Source: an uncultured virus (IMG/VR IMGVR_UViG_3300047170_000110) (Duplodnaviria; Heunggongvirae; Uroviricota; Caudoviricetes). Taken from it: a stretch of DNA of 64,000 bases. The notes below the pieces were generated by a model. It did no database searches and had not been told where the DNA came from. It saw nothing but the letters and a program-made list of their open reading frames with translations. Positions 46,965-57,239 of the stretch are shown here, one piece after another (position 1 is the stretch's first letter; the number at the start of each line of letters is the position of its first letter). The stretch lies in IMG/VR virus record IMGVR_UViG_3300047170_000110. The stretch is one strand, 5' to 3'. Both the position numbers and the translations under genes were made by a program.

Positions 46965-47853
46965 GGCCGGTCCCCAGCCGGTCGGGATTGTCGAACCCGC
47001 AGGGCTGCCGGACCTCACTGCCGGGGATCTGACGGCCAACGTGCTGGCAGGTCCAGCGGGTCGGAGTGACGACCAACACCTCTCCGGATTTGAACTGGTG
47101 CTCCGTCACGTAGCTGCCGTCGGGAGGCAGGGGCTTCTGGTCGGCCAGGTCGAGGAACAACTCCGCGTCGGTGGGCTGAATCACGGCAGGACGCTTGCGA
47201 ATCCCCGGGGGCCCGAGTTGACCGGACTCACTCCGCCACCCACACGAGAGACAAACGGTTCGGAGTCGCCATCCCTCACCTCCCGGACCACTCGACCAGA
47301 TGCAGGGCATGTCCGCTAGACACTGGGGACAGAGACTGGAGGGCTGCTCTCCCGGCGGGGGCCCGCACGGCCGGACCCCCTGACACTCGCTGCACTGAAC
47401 CATCGCGCGACCTTCTCCGATCTTCCCCCAGTCCTTGCAACCACACACCCGGTAGATCTCGGCGAACGCGGCCGAACCCTCCTGGCTACCCAGGTCGAGC
47501 ACAAGCCCGCTGTCGAACCCACCCTTCTGAAGTACCTTCCGGCGACGAACCGCCTCGACCTGAGCGCCTTGAACGCCGTACCGCTTCTCCACGCTCTTCA
47601 ACGCCTCCTTCAGGTCCGCGATCTCCTCCAACAGACTGGCCGGGGCGATGAAGAACTCCCCTGACTCCCGGTCGGCCTGAAACTTTCGCTCAGCCCTCTG
47701 GACCTCCAGGCAGACCTCCTGCGACTCCTCAATCACTTTCCGCCAAAGCAACTCGGCAATCTCCCCGTCCTCCGCCCGACGGAATCGCCGACCATCCTGC
47801 TGGTCGATACTGAACTGCTCGATCTTATCCCGGACCAACTTCTCTCGCGCCAT
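46921..47853 (-). CDS. MazG/PRA-PH-like nucleoside triphosphate pyrophosphohydrolase with Zn-ribbon tail
   Basis: KLVRDKI...KVIEESQE...LEEIADLKE...KGGFD. Confidence 0.75.
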   Translation of the reverse strand: MAREKLVRDKIEQFSIDQQDGRRFRRAEDGEIAELLWRKVIEESQEVCLEVQRAERKFQADRESGEFFIAPASLLEEIADLKEALKSVEKRYGVQGAQVEAVRRRKVLQKGGFDSGLVLDLGSQEGSAAFAEIYRVCGCKDWGKIGEGRAMVQCSECQGVRPCGPPPGEQPSSLCPQCLADMPCIWSSGPGGEGWRLRTVCLSCGWRSESGQLGPPGIRKRPAVIQPTDAELFLDLADQKPLPPDGSYVTEHQFKSGEVLVVTPTRWTCQHVGRQIPGSEVRQPCGFDNPDRLGTGLTLTVCLRCRSPRS

Positions 47854-47916
47854 CCCTCCCGATACCCGATCGTCGTTCATTTGACAACCCGTCGCCCTCT
47901 CGGGTAAGGACGGCGC

Positions 47917-48279
47917 ATGCAACTCGTCATGGATAGTCCCGAGATCCGCCGCCAGCTGATGGTTCTCAAGTCCCACGCGCTCGCCCACCCGGTCGATCTG
48001 CGGAACGGCATCCCGGCGGATCTCAAGCCCGTGGGGGACGACCCCCGGCATGTCGTGGTGAACGGGACGATGCGGATCGTCTACTCGGTCGAGTGGCAAC
48101 CGATCGGGCAATGCCACCACCTCTCCGTCTCGAAGGTGGGCGGGAAGCCCCCCAATCCGGCGATCGTCAGCTTCATCATGTCGCTTCTCGGGATGGGCAC
48201 GCTGACGGACCGGACGGAGCGGATGATCGACATGGAGGATCGGTATGCCCTCAACGTCATCCAAAAGGTCCAACGGTAG
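47917..48279 (+). CDS. hypothetical protein
   Basis: AAGGA RBS; IVYSVEWQP.G.CHHLSVS. Confidence 0.7.
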   Translation: MQLVMDSPEIRRQLMVLKSHALAHPVDLRNGIPADLKPVGDDPRHVVVNGTMRIVYSVEWQPIGQCHHLSVSKVGGKPPNPAIVSFIMSLLGMGTLTDRTERMIDMEDRYALNVIQKVQR

Positions 48280-48656
48280 TGTTCTTCCCCCACTGCCACA
48301 AATGCGGAAAGAAGCTCCGGATCGCCTCGGCCCGGGAGAACGAACCGATCTGGCTTCGATGCGCGAACCGGAAGTGCCCGCAGTACGCCCCACCCCCTCC
48401 CAAGAAGAAACCGCCCGTCCCCTCCTGAAGCTCCGCGACCTCTCGCCCCTTCAGCGGGAGCACGTGATGACTCGCGCCCGCCAGTACCGGCTCGACCACC
48501 ATCCGGAGATCCTGAAGCTGCTCTCCCGTACGGTCCACGACTACCCGGCGAGACGGAAGCCCCAACCCCCCGAGGGGATCCGGATGTTCCACCCGGAGCG
48601 GTGGGAGGCGCACCACTGGGAATGGATGAGCGGGTGGATCATGAGAGAGGTGGCGA

Positions 48657-49598
48657 TCAGGATGGGGGCTCGACCGGAACCTTCGCCTTCCGAGGACGAC
48701 CGACCGGACGCTTCTCCCCGTTAGGAAGCGGCGGAAGCGGTACGTACCGCTTCCTCCCCACCGGGGGTTTCCGGATGACCGGTGGAGGAAGATCCTTTTT
48801 GATCGAGAGCGTCATGGCGATGTGGAGCTGGCTGATTCGAGCTTCACTGAGGTCGAGGACTTCCGCGATCTCCGCGTGGACCAGCCCCCATTTGTAGTAG
48901 AGCAGGAAGAGGGTACGCTCGATCCCGGTCAGCCCGTGACGTTTGGCAAGCCCCCCGAAGCTGATCTCCCCCTCCCCTTCCCGCGCATCTTCTCCCGCCA
49001 CCTGGATGCCAGGATGGGGGGAGTCGAAGTCGGGCGCATCGGTGATCTCCAGATACCGGCTGTTCGCCCTCCATTCGTTCCGTCCCGGACGGGAGGAGGG
49101 ATCGCCGTACTGTTGCTTGGAGAAGTTTTGCCAATGGTGCTCCACTCTCACGAAACTCCCCGGGTGGGTCAGTCGGTGCAGCACGCAGTAGCTGGCGAAG
49201 TCGTCCTTCTCACTCGGGCGGCCTTTACGAATCGCAAGCCAGCTGGCCCTTCGCCTCAGCGCCAGGATGGATTCGGGCGATAGATCCTCTCCGGTCTGCT
49301 TCACCTCGCGGAGGTAACGGCGCCGGATGTTCTGGATCACATGGTGGGAGAGGTTGAAGTGGGCGGCTGCCGCCTTGTTGCCATGCCGATCCGAGTAGCG
49401 CTTGATCTCCGCCACCACTTTGAACGGACGCTCCCCCACCGCCTGCGTATGAAGCCCGAGCTTCCGGATCTGGTACTTGACCTGGTGGTAGGGGCGACCG
49501 AGGCGCTCGACGATCGTGGGGAGGGAGTGCTCGCGGCAGAGCTGACGCAGCTCCGCGTTCTGTTCGTCCGTCCAGTTGTTCAGGGGCTGGAAGCGCAT
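48657..49598 (-). CDS. sigma70 region-4 protein (FliA/WhiG-like C-terminus) with N-terminal HTHs
   Basis: ERTLFLLYYKWGLVHAEIAEVLDLSEARISQLH; N-terminal WTDEQ..L Myb/GcrA-like HTH. Confidence 0.75.
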   Translation of the reverse strand: MRFQPLNNWTDEQNAELRQLCREHSLPTIVERLGRPYHQVKYQIRKLGLHTQAVGERPFKVVAEIKRYSDRHGNKAAAAHFNLSHHVIQNIRRRYLREVKQTGEDLSPESILALRRRASWLAIRKGRPSEKDDFASYCVLHRLTHPGSFVRVEHHWQNFSKQQYGDPSSRPGRNEWRANSRYLEITDAPDFDSPHPGIQVAGEDAREGEGEISFGGLAKRHGLTGIERTLFLLYYKWGLVHAEIAEVLDLSEARISQLHIAMTLSIKKDLPPPVIRKPPVGRKRYVPLPPLPNGEKRPVGRPRKAKVPVEPPS

Positions 49599-49604
49599 GG
49601 GACC

Positions 49605-49988
49605 TCAGGCAGGATCGGAGATGAGAGGAGCGGGATCGCGCCGGGCGAACTCTTCGTTCGAGATGGGGGGCAGATCGTGGAGGCCCGACATCCGCAGGGC
49701 GTAGAGTGAGAGGATTTCGAACTCGTCGATGCTGAGCATTTGTTCCTCTTGTTCTTTGAAACCATCCGTGTAGATCCGGATGCCGTTGATCGTCCCGACC
49801 CAGCCAGTTCGGAGCAGTAGATCCCTGTTGGTGGTCAGATCGATTAAGGAGAGAAAGTCCGGGTTGGTCACGATGGTGTTCCAGACATTCATGCAGAGCA
49901 GCACGACTTGCTGGCTATCGGGCCCGGGGTGGATCCCGGCGGTGAGCTTATGGAAGTATTCGGGGGTCATTCGTTCGCGTAATATCAT
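49605..49988 (-). CDS. hypothetical protein, possible stand-alone major-capsid-like fragment
   Basis: VWNTIVTNPDF...DLLLRTGWVGTINGIRIYTDGF. Confidence 0.5.
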   Translation of the reverse strand: MILRERMTPEYFHKLTAGIHPGPDSQQVVLLCMNVWNTIVTNPDFLSLIDLTTNRDLLLRTGWVGTINGIRIYTDGFKEQEEQMLSIDEFEILSLYALRMSGLHDLPPISNEEFARRDPAPLISDPA

Positions 49989-50108
49989 GGGGATCTTTTA
50001 CCGAAAGCCCCCCGGTTTCATTGGCGTTCCACAGTTTGTAATCCATGATTTGTAATATTGTGAATGGGCGTTCGCTCACGCGTCATGAGATTTGCAACCC
50101 CTGCGGGG

Positions 50109-50444
50109 ATGAGATACCTCACCCTGCTTAGCGGTCTATGCCTGCTCGCCCTTTCGCTCTCCTCGATGCCCGGCTGCAATTCCGCTCAGGCGGATGGCAC
50201 CTCCCCTTCCCCGCCCGTCACGTCCGGCCCGGGCCCGATCGGATCGCAACCGACCGGCACGCCGACCGATCAACCGTCCCCCGCGCCGATCCCGACCGTC
50301 ACGCAAGCGCCGGTCATCACGAACGCGTGTACGATTGTCGGCTGGGGCAACGATGGGGATCCATTCCAGTTGTACTCCTGCCAGGTGAACGGCCGGACCT
50401 GCCTGGTGCTGGCGGGCGCGACCACTTCACTGTCCTGCCAGTGA
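50109..50444 (+). CDS. small Pro-rich exported/lipoprotein
   Basis: Hydrophobic leader then PGC; Pro/Thr linker; Cys-rich end. Confidence 0.65.
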   Translation: MRYLTLLSGLCLLALSLSSMPGCNSAQADGTSPSPPVTSGPGPIGSQPTGTPTDQPSPAPIPTVTQAPVITNACTIVGWGNDGDPFQLYSCQVNGRTCLVLAGATTSLSCQ

Positions 50445-50535
50445 TACGCGACCGCGTATGAAAGCCCCCCGATACGCGAGAGCGTATTGCGCCAACCGAG
50501 GGGAGGCGCAAGCGGGGGGCTTGTCGGACGATAGA

Positions 50536-50569
50536 TAGATAGAACTACCGGATCCGGTAGTTCTATCTA
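50536..50569. repeat. perfect 34-bp palindrome
   Basis: TAGATAGAACTACCGGA|TCCGGTAGTTCTATCTA, no loop. Confidence 0.95.
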
Positions 50570-50688
50570 GTGGAGTGAAGTTCTCGGGTAGGGACTAACT
50601 GAGGACCAGTTAGTCCCGCGCCTGTGATGGGAGATCTAGGTCCCCCAGCTCCAACAGGATCCGGGCTCGTGGTATGACGAGCTGCGAC

Positions 50689-51309
50689 TTACAGTCCCAG
50701 GCTGGCCAGGGCTTGAACCATGTCGGTCACGTGCGCGTAGCTCTTGACCGTCTTGTGGTCGATCTTCACCAGATCGGCGATCTCCCCGTCGGTCCGTTTC
50801 GAATGGATGAGGAACGACACGTAGCCGTGGCGGAACGAGTGGCACTCCATGTCTGCGCCGAACAGGCGCTTGAGGATCCTGAGGGCCTGGAAGCGGTTCA
50901 TGCGGAGGAGGAACTCCTGCGGCTTGCGCCGAGCCAGGCGGGCCAGGTAGGCGGCTAGGATCGCGTCGGGGACCTTGCAGAGCCGGGTGACGGGGTGCCA
51001 GGCCTTGACTGGCTTTCCCGCTGCCTTCTGGGCAGCCGCCAGCTTGAGTTGGGCCTGGTCCTTCTTCAGGACCCGCAGGGTGAAGTGAGCGGGCTCGCAG
51101 ACCTGCCGCTTGACGGCCAGGACCTCCGAGATCCGGGCGCCCGATCCGGCGAGCAGCCCAACCAGGAGGCGCTCGTCATCCGAGAGATCCGGGTCAGCCT
51201 GGATAGCCCGGAGGAACTCGGGCACGAGCGCGGAGCGCACCACCTTCACCGGCTTGCGGTAGCCAGACTTCCGATCCACCCGGGCGAAGAACTTGTCGTA
51301 CTTGCTCAT
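50689..51309 (-). CDS. tyrosine recombinase, catalytic domain only
   Basis: GARISE (R), VLKK (K), HSFRH (HxxR), SYAH (Y); 206 aa. Confidence 0.85.
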   Translation of the reverse strand: MSKYDKFFARVDRKSGYRKPVKVVRSALVPEFLRAIQADPDLSDDERLLVGLLAGSGARISEVLAVKRQVCEPAHFTLRVLKKDQAQLKLAAAQKAAGKPVKAWHPVTRLCKVPDAILAAYLARLARRKPQEFLLRMNRFQALRILKRLFGADMECHSFRHGYVSFLIHSKRTDGEIADLVKIDHKTVKSYAHVTDMVQALASLGL

Positions 51310-51511
51310 TCTTCAATCATTCCATACCTGACTGAAGATATCAACTACTATCTTTCGTGAGGGGGATTCATGGGTTAGGGTAGGGAGCCGCACATTCCGC
51401 TCCTACTGTGCGGCGGGTGCGAGAACGGGGACCCGATCCGGGGGGAGACTGGAGCGGGCGGAGGTTCCCCGTGGAACGGGCCTGGCAGCCGCTGCCAGGC
51501 GGCGATCAGTG

Positions 51512-51567
51512 CGGCGGCAACTCTAGGACATACTCCCTGTGTCACGAATGTCCTAGAGTTGCCGCCG
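51512..51567. repeat. 20-bp perfect inverted repeat with 16-bp spacer
   Basis: CGGCGGCAACTCTAGGACAT...ATGTCCTAGAGTTGCCGCCG. Confidence 0.9.
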
Positions 51568-51673
51568 GGTCCTCCGTGACACATCTTCCCAGGTGGACGG
51601 GAATAGGAGACTATGTTAGTAGGGGAATCCGTATGCCCAAAGCGGGCCCCTTTAACCTATGGAGACTTTTAGT

Positions 51674-54600
51674 ATGGTCAGTCATTTCAATGAAGCAGGC
51701 GACGAACTCATCCGGACTCGGTTGGATTCTTTTGGTGGGGATGCCTTTTTAAAAGAGGCTCGTTACATTCAGGAGCAGACGGATCCAGTGCTCATTCAGG
51801 TGATGAACTTCCTCTTTCTAACGAACGGGCAAGACGCTTGGGTAGTTGATTTTGAAACGGCCCAAGCTCTCTGCATCAAGCGGACGGGACAAGCCCTCCC
51901 ACCCTCCGAGTTTTTTAAACAGGTGGACAATAAAAACTACGGCTTGATTTTTAAACATGCCCTGTTGAAGTTACGATTCGTAACCGGACTGAACTTTTCG
52001 GCAGGGGAAGTGGACCAGTGCATTCGCTTCCTGTTCGCGCCTTTTGCCCCTCCCCTGGATCCTAAAGAGGACGCGCTCCCCAACACCGAAGAAGAGGCCG
52101 AAAAGCTTTTAGAGAAGTACGCGCTCCTCTTCGAGATGCCTCGGAGCATTCTCCCAGCCCTACAAAAAGTAGGACTGGCTGAACCGGGGTTCGGTTCGGA
52201 GTTGAAGCACTAGTTCCCCAGCCTGGAGACAACACCCAGAAAATCCCCAAGGACTGGGCAGGGTTGCGGGCCCAAAAACAAACACCTTGTCATTCACCTT
52301 GCGCCCAGGCTACAAGCCTGGGCCTGGAGGATTGAGTATGGCGAAGGATCGAGTGACGGTGGAGTTGTCTCGGGAGGCAGTGCGAGAGCTGACGCGGGCC
52401 TGGGTGGTGAAGCGGATCGAGGGGATGCGGAATCTGGTGGAGGTGGCGAGCTTCATCCTGTCCGACCCGGCAATGTGCGGGACGGTGTGGCCGGAGGAGC
52501 TGGTCCCTTTCTATGAGCTGTACGGGAACCCGAAGACGGCCGCGTGCGAGATGGGCAAGCTGATCGCCCAGGAGGCGAAGCGGCTCGGGCTCAACTCCCG
52601 GGCGGAGCCGCGCTTCGGGAAGGAGAACGCGATCACCCGGCATTCGTTCCCCAAGCCCCCCGAGTCCCTGGCTGCGGGCGGTGGCCGATGAGTCCCGTCG
52701 CGCAGCTCAGTTGGAAGCCGGTTCATCGGGGGGCCGTGTTCTGTGCGCCTGCCTGCGGGTTCGGGTGCAAGCGATCCCGCTACGAGTTGGCGGTGAAGAA
52801 GGCGGTCGCGTTGGCCAAGCGGTTGGGCCCGGGCTTCGAGGCCGACGTGTGGGAGAACGGTGACTGGTACTGGAAGGTCACGTACGGGGCGATCGACATC
52901 CGCCAGCGCGACGATCGCACCTATGACCTGACCTACGGGAATCAGTCCTGGGTGAAGAGCGCAAGGTCTCCGAAGGCGGGGCTGGAGGAATTGCTTATGG
53001 AATACAAGCTTCGGATGCAGGCCGAGCGGGATGCGGTCGCGGAGATCCAGGGTGCGCTGGGGCTGGCCTGAGTCCTCCCCGACACATCTTGTTTCCAATG
53101 TACTGATAACGTAGGATGGAAGTATGAAGATCAAGTACGCGATCCCCACGCCCTACGGAACCGAGACCCGCACGTCCCACCGGGAGTACACGCACGTGGT
53201 GGTGGCGGGCTCCTTGAAGGCAGCGGAGATCACCCGGCTCCACGCCGAGACGGTCACGGCCTTGCAGAACCGCCTGGTCGAGTACAAGGCAGAGCTGGCG
53301 AAGGGCCCGGATCCCCGCAACGACTACGCCAAGTGGATCCGCGACCTGGAGGCCCGGCTCGCTGTTCGCCCGGCCCAGGCCCTGCTGGCGCTCGCCCGCC
53401 CTCGGGGTTTGATCGGCTACGCGGGCAGCCTCAAGCTGGCTCAGAAGCTGACCACGGGCTGGGATGTCTCCCGCCACATGGACATCCAGATCATCGAGAT
53501 CAAGCCCGAGCACAAGACCCCCGTCGTTCCCCGGAAGGCCAGCGCATGAAGAAGCCAACCACCCAGGTCACCCCGAGCGAACTGGCCCGCATCAAGCGGG
53601 CTGCCTTCCTGCTTCTGGACGAAGCGGACTTCGGGAGCAAGCTGGCCAACTTCCAGTTCGCCTTCACGACGGCGGCCAAGCAGACCCTGGGAGACTACTC
53701 CTTCTCCCGGCTGTCGCCCGACGAGTATCAGCGGATCGAGACCACCACCCGCACCTACCTGTGGAGCCGCTCATGAGCAGACCGCGCAACCCCGCCAAGC
53801 GGAATGTTTCGAACCTCCTCAAGCTCACCCCGGCGCACCAGGACAACCTCCAGGCCGCCGCTACTCGCTGGGGTGTGACGCGTTCGGAGGCCTACCGGAC
53901 ACTCCTCATCAAGGCGCTGGAGGGCGGCTTCACCCCGCGAGTCCCACCCGTCCCTCCGCCGCAGGAGAGCTTTCAGTTGAATCTATCCCCCGAGCTGGAC
54001 GCGCTACTCGTTCAACTCCTCGCCCGTTATCCGGGTCTGACCAAGCAGGACTACTTGACCCAACTGTTGGAGGAGTCATGAGCCCCCCGAACATCCAGGC
54101 CGCCCTCGATCAAGTCCGCCGGACCTGCTCGTGCTGCCAGCGCGAGATCGCGGGCGTGCCCGCGTCCGCCCGCTACGGCGGAGACGAAGAACTCGAAGGC
54201 TGGTACTGGGAGTGCTCGTGCCGCTCGACCCAGTTCGTTTCCCTCATCCGGATCCAAGCCGCCGCCCAGGAGGCCGCATGAAATCCAAAGCCCGCCCGTT
54301 CCCCTCCGCCTTCGTCCCTCGTGTGTTCCAGAAGATTCAGAAAGCCCAGCGGGAGAAGCGCTTCCTCGTGATCCGGCATCTGGGGGACCGGCTCCGCTGC
54401 GACCACTGCGGCCGGATGAACGCGACTCAAGCGATCTGCTTGACGCTCACCTCTCAAGACGCGGTGGCGGATTTCGAACAGGTCGGTCCTGTCTATCTGA
54501 ACGGGGAAGTCTACATGGTGGGCTCGACCTGTTTGCGTGAACTCAAAGCTCAATGGGAGATCATATGAAGAAGTCCAAGCTCGTTCAGATCACCGGGGAT

Positions 54601-54888
54601 CTTGGCCGCCATCCGGAGCTGTTGCTCGGGGGGCTCCGGGCCGATGCGGTCGAGGAGCTGATGCACCTCCGCCTCCTGCACCGGTCTTGGTCCTCCCAGC
54701 TCCGCCGCACCCCCAAGACCCGCGCGGCCATCGCCTACCATCGCCGCCACCGCCAAGGCTGGCACGACGGGATTCATCAGATGCATGTCCGGATGGCCGA
54801 GCTGGAACGGGAGATCATCTCGAAGCTCGTCCGTCAGGCGGAGATCGCCCTGAGCTGTGGGCGGAAGCCTCGCCCCAAGAAGGCCTAG
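51674..54888 (+). other. cluster of small hypothetical CDS (51674-52213, 52338-52691, 52688-53071, 53124-53549, 53546-53776, 53773-54081, 54078-54281, 54278-54568, 54565-54888)
   Basis: Mostly ATGA-coupled ORFs with GGAGG RBSs; early-gene-like organisation. Confidence 0.7.
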
Positions 54889-55556
54889 AGGGAGAGCAAG
54901 GCCTCGACCTCGGGCGCCTGGACGGGCGAGAAGGAGAGGAGCATTCCGTTGCCGCACTTGCGGAGGGCTTGCTGGATCTTCTTCCCGATGCGCGCGGCCA
55001 GCTCCGGATCGCGAAGGATCAGGTGGAACTGGAGGACGGTGGCGGGCGGCTTCTTGCCCGCCGGGATGAACACTTGGTTCCCCCCGTCCACATCCTTGCC
55101 CGTCACGAGCGCGCCGTCGAAGCCCCCCTTCTTCAGAAGGGCCTCGACCTCCTCGCAGTTGAACTCGCCCACCCGGAGGGGGTTGCCTTCCAGGCCGATG
55201 AATTCGTCTGACCAGAGATGTTCGGTATTCTGATCGTTCAGTCGGGCGAGGTTCTGAAAGGAGATCTGGTATTCGGTGAAGAGCTTCCATCTGACCGCAT
55301 ACTCGGGATCGTCCCGGTAGACGGGGAGCAGGCTCTTCGAGCCACGCCAGGGGCTGCGGAGTTTCAGGTAGCCTTCGATCGGAGATTCGTCAGAGGGGCG
55401 CAGGTACGTTCCGGGCCCGTAGATCCCGTCGCCCTTCCAATGGGGTGAGGCCTGGGAGGGGAGGATGTCGTTCACCCACCGCCAGGCTTTCAAAGTCTGG
55501 GGGGCTTTGGAAGCGGCGAGGACGCGGGCAAGAGCCGGATACCGGAGGGTGTCCAT
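54885..55556 (-). CDS. tagged protein A: RYPALARVLA tag plus ADP-ribosyltransferase-like domain
   Basis: MDTLRYPALARVLA; GIYGPGTYL...LLKKGGFDG...NQVFI; TGATG-coupled to the upstream gene. Confidence 0.7.
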   Translation of the reverse strand: MDTLRYPALARVLAASKAPQTLKAWRWVNDILPSQASPHWKGDGIYGPGTYLRPSDESPIEGYLKLRSPWRGSKSLLPVYRDDPEYAVRWKLFTEYQISFQNLARLNDQNTEHLWSDEFIGLEGNPLRVGEFNCEEVEALLKKGGFDGALVTGKDVDGGNQVFIPAGKKPPATVLQFHLILRDPELAARIGKKIQQALRKCGNGMLLSFSPVQAPEVEALLSL

Positions 55557-56020
55557 CAGAAGTCCCACCGGCCGTCGATGTGGCCCGCATTGTAGATCCC
55601 GTTCTTCTTTTTCGGTTGAGTCTTGGACAGGCGGCTCATCGCCTCCTCCACCGTGTACTGGTGGATGTCGTCACCCAGGAAGTCGGGCTTGCCTAAGGCG
55701 GAGAGGAACGCCTTGAGCGATCCTTGCCAGATCATCTCCGCGTAAATGCCTTTGTAGCCGCCCCGCTTCGCCCATGACTTGAGCTGTTTGAGCGCTTCGG
55801 TCGCGACTCCTTGGCCCCGGGACGAAGCGGAAACTTCGATAAAATCGACCGTGATGAGGCCATCTCTCCGTAAGGAGGAGAGCTGCATCCGTCCGGCCTT
55901 CTGCCCGTCCACCTCGATATCCACATCACCGGTCGTCGAAAGGTGGTCGAAGTCCACGAAGATCTGTTCGGGCGTGAGGGCTAGGACCTGCGTGAGGCCG
56001 GGATACTGGAGGGAGTCCAT
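55556..56020 (-). CDS. tagged protein B: QYPGLTQVLA tag plus GNAT acetyltransferase
   Basis: IEVSASSRGQGVATEAL (GNAT motif A). Confidence 0.8.
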   Translation of the reverse strand: MDSLQYPGLTQVLALTPEQIFVDFDHLSTTGDVDIEVDGQKAGRMQLSSLRRDGLITVDFIEVSASSRGQGVATEALKQLKSWAKRGGYKGIYAEMIWQGSLKAFLSALGKPDFLGDDIHQYTVEEAMSRLSKTQPKKKNGIYNAGHIDGRWDF

Positions 56021-56036
56021 ACGATAAGAATAACCC
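56021..56036 (-). promoter_or_regulatory. conserved upstream element GGGTTATTCTTATCGT-ATG
   Basis: Same element precedes the other tagged genes; no SD. Confidence 0.7.
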
Positions 56037-56068
56037 GGACGGACTTGGGATCAGAGGACGGGGAGCCC

Positions 56069-56284
56069 GCTGAATTTTTTCATTCCCCCTTCTTAGCCCG
56101 ACTGCCGGGAGGCTCGGTAGTCATAATGCCCGCCACAGCCAACGGAGTCCGAGCCACAGGAGGTAGCACTCACCCCCGCCGCCGTTGCAAGCAAACCCAC
56201 CAGCACCACCTGCCACACCGGCATCCAGGACCCTCCAGGCAAAAGCTGAATTTTTTTCATTCCCCCTCCTTAACTCGACTGCCG
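56069..56284 (-). repeat. two ~39-bp imperfect direct repeats (RBS plus ATGAAAAAA) bracketing a 54-codon ORF
   Basis: GCTGAATTTTTT(T)CATTCCCCCT..TTA..CGACTGCCG at 56069 and 56245. Confidence 0.75.
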
Positions 56285-57239
56285 ACTGCCGGTTGGCTTT
56301 TCGGATCGTCCGGGTGGTGCCGGTGGTAGAAGGTGAACAGTTCCTTCTCCATCCGGGCCAGTTGATCGCGGATCCCCTGGGCGGTCGCACCACCCACGTC
56401 CTGTTGATAGACGGCGGCGGGATACTCGCTCGGCTCCCCCGGTCGGGTTACTCGGGTCAGCTTGAGGGTCAGACGGAAGGCGGACTTGGATAGATCCAGC
56501 GTTACCCTGGATTGTGTTTACCGATCCGAGCCCGGTTCCGCAAGCCGCTCTAGCCAAGCGGGTCGTGGGGGTGTAGATCCAGAGTATGATGGTTCGCTGG
56601 TCCCAGGCCAAGGTCTACTGGAATCTTCCCGAAGCCGAACGGCCCTCGTGGATCCAGGCGCTCCTGGCCAAGCAGGACCAGGAGTTTCGCGAGAGAATCG
56701 ATCAAGCTGCGACCGCCCCCCGGCTCACCCTGCGAGAATCCTGTCAGGCCCTGCGGGATTCCTTCGACCGTCCCGCGCCGCCCTACGATCCGTTCGTCTG
56801 CCTGGACGACTACCCCTATCTGATATAGAGCGGAAGGGATGGTAAAGGATTTGACGCTTGTAGCGAACGGTTCCCTTTGGTCTGGCCTGTTCTTGAGTGC
56901 CATCCATGCACACCATGACGACGTGGCGGTTATCGTATTCGCGGGCTTTGCGATTCTGAATTGGGGCGCGCTTTTGGGGAAAAGAGTATGGGAATGAAGA
57001 TCGGGAATAATGAAAGTGCGTCGCCTCTACTTGGGTCAGATCTATTTTGCCGGGCATAAAGCGGCCTTGGTGTTCGCGATCGTCGCCCCCACCCGGAAGG
57101 TGGCAAAGGAGTTGGCGCGGGAGCGCATCCGTTGGAAGCATGGTTCGTTTGCCACTAGGGAGATCGAACACGAGAACTGGAGCAGTGAGCTGCTGATACC
57201 GGAGGTTCCCGGTACCTACACGATAGTGAGTGACGTGAT

